Below are positions 57,173 through 64,000 of a stretch of DNA of 64,000 nucleotides, piece after piece (the first letter of the stretch is position 1; every line of letters begins with the position of its first letter). The stretch is from Bryobacteraceae bacterium. GTDB lineage: Bacteria > Acidobacteriota > Terriglobia > Bryobacterales > Bryobacteraceae. The notes under the pieces were generated by a model. The model ran no database searches and had not been told where the DNA came from. It saw only the letters and a program-made list of their open reading frames with translations. The position numbers and the translations under genes were made by a program. The stretch covers positions 7,146-71,145 of the forward strand of contig DASXEY010000110.1 of NCBI GenBank assembly GCA_036489835.1, in the 5' to 3' direction.

Positions 57173-58181
57173 CCTGGCGACGGATAAACTCTACCAGCGT
57201 TTGCGCGTTCAATTCCAGATCGCGCCCAAGAGTGAGGTTATAAACTTCAGATCGCGCAATCAGCCGGAAGCTCGCACGGAGACGGGACAGCGCGGTGACA
57301 GCCTTTCGAAATACTTCCATCCAACCGCGCTGGAAGACGAATTCCATCCCCTGGAATAATCCGATTCCGATGATGCAATTGATGGCCATACTGTGCAGAG
57401 CGGCCGATTTCGAGGCTCTGCTGATTTCGCACGCCGCCCGCAGGCTGCGGCTACCAAGGAACAGCAGACAAGGTTCAGCATCCGGGATCACGCGATCGGC
57501 AAAGCAGGCGTATCGCATGAGAAGCTTCGGGCCGAATTCCATCCGCTCGACCTTTCGGAATTGCTCTGGAGGAATGGTTCCTTCGAAACCGGGCAGCAAT
57601 CCGATTCGCAGGGGAAACGCCCACACTTTGCCATTGCCGTCGATCAACGGCGAATCGTCGGATAGCAACTTAATATCCGGGAACCGCAGTAGTTGCGAAC
57701 CAAGCGTGCTCTTGCCTCCGCCCATCGGGAGGAGCACAAGCGCGGCCTTCGAGGCAATGCTGACGCAGAGAGCATGCACCCTGTGCCGGTCATGAGCGTC
57801 GAAAAATTCGCCAGTTTGAGATAGCAGGAACAAGTACGTTACTTCGTATAAAAGGTCGGCATTCAGGCTGTACACCTGGAAGGTCTGTTTTTGAGGATCG
57901 TGAATCCCAAGGGCGCGCCCCGAATAGTCCAGAAAGGTCGTTCCGTCGCTGCGAAAAGAGACATTTCGAGGAGTGAAAACCGGGGCTGAGGCATGCTGCG
58001 CGCGGTCATAGGGCGGCTCAGTCTGGAAGATCTCAATCCGCACGGCCACGGACTCGGCCGAACTGGTCCACTGCTTTTCAAAGAAGGCAAAATCCTCCCG
58101 GATTCCCGATAGAACCGAAACCGGCGCGCTTGCGACGAGTGCTCTATAACCGTATATGTCTAAGAAACACGAATCACTCAT
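57144..58181 (-). CDS. HPr-kinase-C-terminal-like P-loop serine kinase homolog
   Basis: HALCVSIASKAALVLLPMGGGKSTLGSQLL...KLLSDDSPLI matches the HprK-type P-loop plus xDD block. Its last codons overlap the convergent NTase-like gene by 29 nt. Confidence 0.7.
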   Translation of the reverse strand: MSDSCFLDIYGYRALVASAPVSVLSGIREDFAFFEKQWTSSAESVAVRIEIFQTEPPYDRAQHASAPVFTPRNVSFRSDGTTFLDYSGRALGIHDPQKQTFQVYSLNADLLYEVTYLFLLSQTGEFFDAHDRHRVHALCVSIASKAALVLLPMGGGKSTLGSQLLRFPDIKLLSDDSPLIDGNGKVWAFPLRIGLLPGFEGTIPPEQFRKVERMEFGPKLLMRYACFADRVIPDAEPCLLFLGSRSLRAACEISRASKSAALHSMAINCIIGIGLFQGMEFVFQRGWMEVFRKAVTALSRLRASFRLIARSEVYNLTLGRDLELNAQTLVEFIRRQVSESPSNRP

Positions 58182-59718
58182 GGAAACGGAATATCGTCCT
58201 TAATTTGTCAGTCATATCGATCTCGATCTTTGCTGCCCCTGCCGGCAGGGGCCCGGCGCGTTTAAAGATGTCCCATCCGACGAGGGAGTCTGACGCGGAG
58301 ACCCGCTGCCAAGTATGAGGATTCGATAGCACTACCGACGAGAGCTGTCTGAGGTGGGGAGCGGGATCATCCACACGCATAATCACCCAGCCGACGTGTG
58401 CAGCGTCCAGAAACTTGCAAACCGCGTCTTCATCGCGGAAGCGTAAGTGATATCCAAGCCCGAACCAGGTACTGCTGGCGAGCATTTTGCTCGCGCGAAG
58501 TACAATGTGCTGCAGCGTCGAATCCCGGAGAGCCACATCCGCGATCAGCGTACCTTCAACCTTTGGACTACCGGCGACCAGCCAGATCTTCCGGGGATCG
58601 TTATAGATGAAATCATCCCGGGTCAGCAGCAAGGCGCTATTGTCTTTCTTCAGGGCCGGCGATGTCACGTTGACAACAGCGATGCCAAGGGCAACCCCCG
58701 CCACAGGGATTCGCCACCACGGTTTCGGGAGCCGTTGCAGCAAATGGTTAACCCCGGCCGCGGCCAACACAATTACCGGAGGAACGGCAGTAATTAGGTA
58801 GTAATTCGCTAAACCTGCATTGACCAGAGAATGAAAAATCCAACAGCCGAGCGCGGCGACCATCATCACTGTCGCTAGGGTGTTGCTCCGCGGAGATCGC
58901 CCCACTGTCCAAACGCCCAGCAGGGCCGCCGCGAGAACCGGCCATCGCACACCTGAGACAAGAAGCTGCAGATATGCCGCCGCATTCCAAAGAATACCGT
59001 GCGGAGTTGAAGGAAACGCTTGTCCGAAGAAGTGCGGAATAGTGGCGAAGACCAGAAGCGCCAGCACCAGAAGAACTGGGCGTGCTGCAGCGCGGCCCTT
59101 TAGAAAAAGAGGCGCCAGAAGGGGCACCATCAGGAATGCCACGCCGCGTCCATGCGTGGCAATGGCACAGCCCGCCAGCACCCATACGATCCATCTTCCG
59201 GATCGCGTCTCCCACTTGTTCGCGTAGGTAACCGCCGCCCAGAAAACCAGCCCGCCCAGCAGCAGATCCGGCGAGATCATCGCCGTTGACATCTGGACCA
59301 AACTAGTAGTGACGAAGAGAATCGCGGAGCACAGCGCAATCCAAAAACCGTATCGGACGCGAAGCAGAAAGAATAATCCAGCGGCGAGTGCGCTGCCGGC
59401 CGCGGCTTGAAACATAAGGAGCCCCAGGCGGCTCCGCCCGGCCGCCAAGGTCCACAGCGCCTCGGCTGCATAAAACAACGGCGGCCAATGCAGAATCGCT
59501 ACCTTCGGATAATGAATGTAATAAGCCTTCGCAAACTCCCAAGGGTGCAATAGATTGCCTGACAGGAGGTAATCCCGCACCATCAGCGTGGACACCACGT
59601 GTGCCGGCTCATCCGGCGTCAGGTCGAAGTCCGACCGATATGCTCCCGAATGAATTTGGAGACCCAGAACCAAGGCACCCAGACCGGCCACGGCCGCCAA
59701 GCTACTAGCTCCGCGCAT
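58174..59718 (-). CDS. GT-C fold membrane glycosyltransferase (ArnT/PMT, GT39-like)
   Basis: 514 aa, polytopic, with an early DEPAH loop motif typical of GT-C enzymes. It overlaps both neighbours (8 and 14 nt). Confidence 0.8.
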   Translation of the reverse strand: MRGASSLAAVAGLGALVLGLQIHSGAYRSDFDLTPDEPAHVVSTLMVRDYLLSGNLLHPWEFAKAYYIHYPKVAILHWPPLFYAAEALWTLAAGRSRLGLLMFQAAAGSALAAGLFFLLRVRYGFWIALCSAILFVTTSLVQMSTAMISPDLLLGGLVFWAAVTYANKWETRSGRWIVWVLAGCAIATHGRGVAFLMVPLLAPLFLKGRAAARPVLLVLALLVFATIPHFFGQAFPSTPHGILWNAAAYLQLLVSGVRWPVLAAALLGVWTVGRSPRSNTLATVMMVAALGCWIFHSLVNAGLANYYLITAVPPVIVLAAAGVNHLLQRLPKPWWRIPVAGVALGIAVVNVTSPALKKDNSALLLTRDDFIYNDPRKIWLVAGSPKVEGTLIADVALRDSTLQHIVLRASKMLASSTWFGLGYHLRFRDEDAVCKFLDAAHVGWVIMRVDDPAPHLRQLSSVVLSNPHTWQRVSASDSLVGWDIFKRAGPLPAGAAKIEIDMTDKLRTIFRFHE

Positions 59719-60979
59719 GTCTTTCCAAGGCTTCGCATGCTCTGGTCAATCCGTCTTCAGATAGAATCTGCCTGCTGATCTCCAAAGCGCGCTGCTTATA
59801 CCGAGGTTGTCCAAGCACTGCGCCTAGCTCTTTAACAGCGCGCTTCACGGTATAGTCATGACGGCCAATCGTTCGAGCGGCTCCCAGGCGAGCCAGGCGG
59901 TGGGCATTATCCGGTTGGTCCGCGGAGTGAGGCACCACCAGACTCGGAACGCCCGCCCGTAGCGTTTGCGCGATGGTGCCAATCCCGCCCGAATGAACCA
60001 CGGCGGCTGATCGTGCGAACAAGTCCGAGTAGGGCGCGTACTGCGCCACCAGAACAGAAGAGGGAACATCCTCGCCCCGGATCTGATTACGAGGGTCGGC
60101 GCCAGTCAGGAGAATGGCCCGCCAACCGCCGCGCCGGATTGCCTCCAGACTCTTACGATAGAAGTCACCTGCGACTGTAACAGCCGACGTACCCAGAGTG
60201 AAGATAACAGGGGGTTCGCCGCGATTCAGAAATTCGTCTAAAAGGGTGTCCGAATCCGAAGGGACAACTCTGTCAAAGAATACAAATCCTGTAACTTCTG
60301 TTTTTTGTGGCCAGTCCGGCTGAGGATCGCCCAGCATCTGTGAAAACCAACCCAGCGTGCCGAAGGGTGAGATCATTCCGTCCCGGACCGGGTTTTGGGT
60401 CGAAGCCGGCAGACCTACCTCCTTACGCAGCGCATTGATCGGGCGCATCCAGGAGCGCGTCACGCGATCTATCCAACGATACAGGCACCGGTGCGGCCGG
60501 GGGCCGAGCTTCCTGAGGGGATGAAACCATGCAAGGGGCGGGAGCAGAGGCGGATCGTACGCCGAAAGGAACACTCCCGGAGACAGGATCACCGACGTCC
60601 AACGGATCCCGAGTTTCTCCGCAACCAGAGGCGCGGGAAACAGTACCGGGTGGATTACCAGCAGATCTACGCCTTGGCAAACGTGAAGAAGATCATCGTA
60701 GGTTTCGCGCGACTTGGGAAGGACCAACGTCTTCAAGATGTATTCGGTTCCGTTTTTAAGATCGTTCCCCCGCGCGGAAACCTCGGGTGAGGAGTTCATC
60801 AGGTGAGCCAAGTCAGGCCGAATAGGATGAAAGGTAAGCCCCTCCGCCCGGACTTTCGTCTGGTAGGACGCACATGTGGCCACCGTGACCGAGTGCCCGC
60901 GCGCCTTCAACCCCAACGCAACACCCAGATAGGGATTCACGTCCCCATGCGTCCCCGAAGCGGCGAGAACGAATCTCAT
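59705..60979 (-). CDS. glycosyltransferase family 1 (UDP-glycosyltransferase/MGT type)
   Basis: MRFVLAASGTHGDVNPYLGVALGLKARGH ... HSGGIGTIAQTLRAGVPSLVVPHSADQPDNA is the GT-B/UGT signature. Confidence 0.85.
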   Translation of the reverse strand: MRFVLAASGTHGDVNPYLGVALGLKARGHSVTVATCASYQTKVRAEGLTFHPIRPDLAHLMNSSPEVSARGNDLKNGTEYILKTLVLPKSRETYDDLLHVCQGVDLLVIHPVLFPAPLVAEKLGIRWTSVILSPGVFLSAYDPPLLPPLAWFHPLRKLGPRPHRCLYRWIDRVTRSWMRPINALRKEVGLPASTQNPVRDGMISPFGTLGWFSQMLGDPQPDWPQKTEVTGFVFFDRVVPSDSDTLLDEFLNRGEPPVIFTLGTSAVTVAGDFYRKSLEAIRRGGWRAILLTGADPRNQIRGEDVPSSVLVAQYAPYSDLFARSAAVVHSGGIGTIAQTLRAGVPSLVVPHSADQPDNAHRLARLGAARTIGRHDYTVKRAVKELGAVLGQPRYKQRALEISRQILSEDGLTRACEALERHARS

Positions 60980-61385
60980 GAGCCGGGGTCAGCCATGCCA
61001 GGTGTATTCGACAGGCCTCTTCGGAAACTCACTGTTCAACGCGAGTGCCATGCACCGGCACAGGACGGACGGGGGCCGGATGCGCGAGGGCGGGCTAACG
61101 CCGAGTTGCCAAACGCATTTCAAGTTCTTATGTTAGCCAGGAGCCGGTTTGATGGCAATGGCGGGTGCCGAGCGTAAGTGCCTCTTTTTGGTTTCAGCTC
61201 TCGTGGGATGTGAGCAAAGCAGAATGTACAGCCGCAAGCACTGCATCTGGTGATTCAGGGTCTGCTCCACCGTGCATAGATTTGCCGCGGGTTTGCTTGG
61301 ATCGATCTCGGCTGCGGCCCGCGTAGGCGCGGAGCTTTTCCAGCCTGGCCTTTGCGTGCAGGCCATATTGACCCTCTCGGGCTTT

Positions 61386-61799
61386 TCACGGAGAACCTGG
61401 GCCGTCCGGCGGGTTGACTACGATGAGCGCGAGATCAGAGTCTTCCGGGCCGCCGGGTAACCAAACCTTGTACATCTCTTTCCAGAATTCCTTGATGCCG
61501 GCCTCCATTCTGCTCAATCCGCGCGTTGCCTCGCAACGAAAGAAACGCCGAATTGTCCTTCTCGAAGACGAGTAGGACTTGATTGTCCTCGGCAACCTGG
61601 TCGTAGCCTACCGAGGTGACCCGGCGCCGGCAGCGGAACTACCCAAACCTTCACGTTCAGGTTCACAGATCCTCGAGGTTATGCGGACCTTTCCAATGCT
61701 GATATCCTCCTGAACAACATGTAGACGTAGCCGATGTCGCGCAACCAATGCCAGATAGCACGGCAGCGCAGATCCAGCGTACAGGGATGGGTCAGACAT
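61386..61799 (-). pseudogene. frameshifted remnant of a pyridoxamine-5'-phosphate-oxidase / general-stress-protein-26 family gene
   Basis: Fragments in different frames: LLVFEKDNSAFLSLRGNARIEQN and EAGIKEFWKEMYKVWLPGGPEDSDLALIVVNP. The second resembles the family C-terminal block (lW....wFPgG.dDP.l.li.V.p). No intact ORF. Confidence 0.4.
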
Positions 61800-62003
61800 A
61801 CTGTCGGCGTGCTGGAACTTGGCCGTGACTCACGAGCCGCAATGGCGAGGACGACACCCACTGGCAGAGCACAAGCCCGCATTGAGTGACGCGCAGCGGC
61901 GCACGGCGGGATGTTGCATTCTGCGGAGGATTTGGAGGCCGCAACGATTGGGCGGTCGGTTTCGAATGTCAGGATCGAAATGGACCTGGATGAAGAACGG
62001 CGT

Positions 62004-62513
62004 TCACTTCGCCCGCTTCATCGCTGCCAGCAAAGCTGGATAGGGATTAATGGCCTGTCCCTTCCACCATTGCTTTTCCGGGCCTAACTCAAAGATCGTA
62101 AAATGCAGGTGCGGCGACGCCGGATCCGCATTCCCTGTTGAACCCACAAACCCGATCACTTCGCCCCGGGCGACCTTCCTGCCCTCGTGCAAGCCTTCCG
62201 CGTAGCGGTCGAGGTGAGCGTAGTAATAACAATATATGCCCATTGCATCGAATTCGTAAATAGTGTTACCGCCCGGTTTGCTCAAGAACAACTTGCGAAC
62301 GGTGCCGTCCACTACCGCGTGAACCGGTGTCCCTTTGGGAGCGGGAAGATCGATCGCTTCATGCGGATGTCCCGAATGGATTTCATTGAAGTTGTCCCGG
62401 ACGTTAGCTGCGCTCAGGCCGTCGATAGGGAGCCCGATCTCGGGTGGGGCAGCGCTCGCGGCAAGAGCGAGAACGAACACGAGGCATTGCCCGACTCGGA
62501 TTCCACGCCCCAC
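62004..62513 (-). CDS. M23-family metallopeptidase
   Basis: HEAIDL (HxxxD) and PHLHF (HxH) motifs, with a signal peptide. Confidence 0.85.
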   Translation of the reverse strand: MGRGIRVGQCLVFVLALAASAAPPEIGLPIDGLSAANVRDNFNEIHSGHPHEAIDLPAPKGTPVHAVVDGTVRKLFLSKPGGNTIYEFDAMGIYCYYYAHLDRYAEGLHEGRKVARGEVIGFVGSTGNADPASPHLHFTIFELGPEKQWWKGQAINPYPALLAAMKRAK

Positions 62514-62516
62514 TAT

Positions 62517-63503
62517 TTATTCCTCCGCCACTACGGGAGTGCCAATACCTACCATGTGCGAGAGATCGACCGCATCCCAGTTTGTAAGCCGGATACACCC
62601 GTAAGATTCACCCTTCCGCACGCGGCCTGGATCATCTGTCCCATGGATCCCATAGTGTTCCTTCGACAGCCCCATCCATACCACGCCTACCGGGTTTCTC
62701 GGTCCTGGCGGTAGCTTCTGTGCCGCTTCGTTCGGGTTCACGTTCCAGAAATGCACCGGATCCCAGTTAAACCACGGATTGCGGACGATATTCAGGATCT
62801 TCCAAGTTCCGATCGGCAGCGGGTCATGCTCGCCCCCGAGGGTTGCCGGATATTGCGCCAGCACTTTGTCGCCAAAGCCATAAGCGGTTACCGTGCGTTT
62901 CGACTTGGAGATGACGAGTCGCGACGCCCGCCGGGCCGGAAACCGTGCCACGTTCACTACCATGATTTGCTCTCCCGCCGTGTCCAGTTTCTTGCCAGGA
63001 TTCAATTCCGCGAGTAGATTCGGCGACATGTGAAACTTTTCCCCTAATCCCTGCTCAGGCGATTCGTAGCCCATCCATTTCATCTTGGCCTGTTCAGCAG
63101 CAGTTTTCGGTATTTCTTGGAAGGGGCCTTTCACATCGGCTGGCGTGATCGTATAGGTTATAAGCAACGGACCCGTAAAGACATTGAGCAGCTTCCACAT
63201 CTCGGCGTCGACAATGCCGGTTGGCTTCAACCCGTGGTTTTCCTGGTAACCTTTGATAGCGATCACCAAATCGCCGCCATAGCGGCCATCGATTTCCCCG
63301 GGAGAAAACCTCGAGCGATCCAGTAGGATCTGCGCCCGAATCACCTGCGGACCGGTCGCGCCCGGGCCAATAACTCCCGTCCCGGCTTGTTCTACCTCGC
63401 TCGAAATGAGATTTCCGAAGATCGGCGCGGCAAGGATCGATGTGGCCACAACAACGCACGCCGCCAACCTATGCCTCAGACACATACACATGTAAACATG
63501 CAC
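62517..63503 (-). CDS. L,D-transpeptidase (YkuD) with peptidoglycan-binding domain
   Basis: PG_binding_1-like GPQVIRAQILLDRSRFSPGEIDGRYG and the catalytic HGTDDP...SYGCIRL motif. Confidence 0.85.
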   Translation of the reverse strand: MHVYMCMCLRHRLAACVVVATSILAAPIFGNLISSEVEQAGTGVIGPGATGPQVIRAQILLDRSRFSPGEIDGRYGGDLVIAIKGYQENHGLKPTGIVDAEMWKLLNVFTGPLLITYTITPADVKGPFQEIPKTAAEQAKMKWMGYESPEQGLGEKFHMSPNLLAELNPGKKLDTAGEQIMVVNVARFPARRASRLVISKSKRTVTAYGFGDKVLAQYPATLGGEHDPLPIGTWKILNIVRNPWFNWDPVHFWNVNPNEAAQKLPPGPRNPVGVVWMGLSKEHYGIHGTDDPGRVRKGESYGCIRLTNWDAVDLSHMVGIGTPVVAEE

Positions 63504-63626
63504 GTGTCAGGCCATTCGTCAGGTATGATCCATCGCGGAGTATTGGTGGGAGCACCTGCGAAATAGCGCAGCTGCTGCGGATGCGGCAGAGCGCTTTGGC
63601 CATGCGCGTGCCAAGTCTCCGCCGAG

Positions 63627-63815
63627 GTGACCATTATGAAAGACAGCACGAAGGACAAAATCGCCGGCACGGCGCACGAACTGAAGGGCGCGGTCAAAGA
63701 GAAGATCGGACGGGCCAAGAACGATCCCGCCCTTGAGAATGAAGGGACGGACGAGAAGATCGGCGGCAAGGTCCAGAAGAAGACCGGCGACGTCGAGAAA
63801 GTGTTTGAAAAGTGA
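63627..63815 (+). CDS. CsbD-family stress-response protein
   Basis: KDKIAGTAHELKGAVKEKIGRAKNDPALENEGTDEKIGGKVQKKTGDVEK is the CsbD repeat pattern. The start may be the ATG at 63636. Confidence 0.85.
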   Translation: MTIMKDSTKDKIAGTAHELKGAVKEKIGRAKNDPALENEGTDEKIGGKVQKKTGDVEKVFEK

Positions 63816-64000
63816 CTCGGTGCGAAGCGCCCGGAGCGAGCTTGGTAATTGAATGAGGAACTTTATTCTCAGCGCCGTGCCGGGCGCGCTGCATTCTGCA
63901 TAGGGGCGGCCGAGTGGTGACGGTCAAGCCGCCACGGGTTGTCGTCGAGCACCCACCCGCCGGCCGAGTCCTAGCCGCTGGCAAGTCCCACCACACGAGC

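Noticed and set aside
55499-60979. Lasso-peptide or other RiPP cluster suggested by the HprK-like kinase plus nucleotidyltransferase
   Set aside because: No precursor-like ORF, PqqD/RRE gene, transglutaminase-like protease, Asn-synthetase-like cyclase or ABC exporter is visible in any frame. The neighbours are glycosyltransferases.

Overview
GC-rich chromosomal window. The gene content suggests Acidobacteriota of the Solibacter/Bryobacter type; this is an inference from four carboxypeptidase-regulatory-domain TonB-dependent receptors, a PF07638-type ECF sigma paired with a Ser/Thr kinase, and DUF3300. About 50 genes are supported. Housekeeping genes: bioB-F-D-A operon, tRNA-Arg(TCT), rsmD-recG, fabI, an Fpg/Nei glycosylase, and a PIN/TRAM-ispD-ispF string. 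Envelope genes: a translationally coupled operon of secreted Ig-like/He_PIG proteins, DUF3300, M23 peptidase and L,D-transpeptidase. Two accessory regions stand out. (1) At 27.7-32.9 kb an ECF sigma / TPR Ser-Thr kinase operon continues into a papain-like peptidase and then an orphan protein. The peptidase is fronted by seven near-perfect GDFGQTGT octapeptides. (2) At 38.9-61 kb lies a biosynthetic/glycosylation island. It holds a type III PKS, an A-T-C NRPS, an O-methyltransferase, three GT2, one GT1, one GT-C, an HprK-like P-loop kinase, a nucleotidyltransferase-like protein and two embedded TonB-dependent receptors, and it is flanked or interrupted by decayed pseudogenes. Non-coding structure includes a modular GC-hairpin (REP/MITE-like) repeat family at seven or more intergenic sites and a duplicated promoter plus 5' leader upstream of two receptor paralogs. 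No CRISPR array, IS element, prophage or rRNA was seen. All functional calls come from motif recognition by eye, with no database search.
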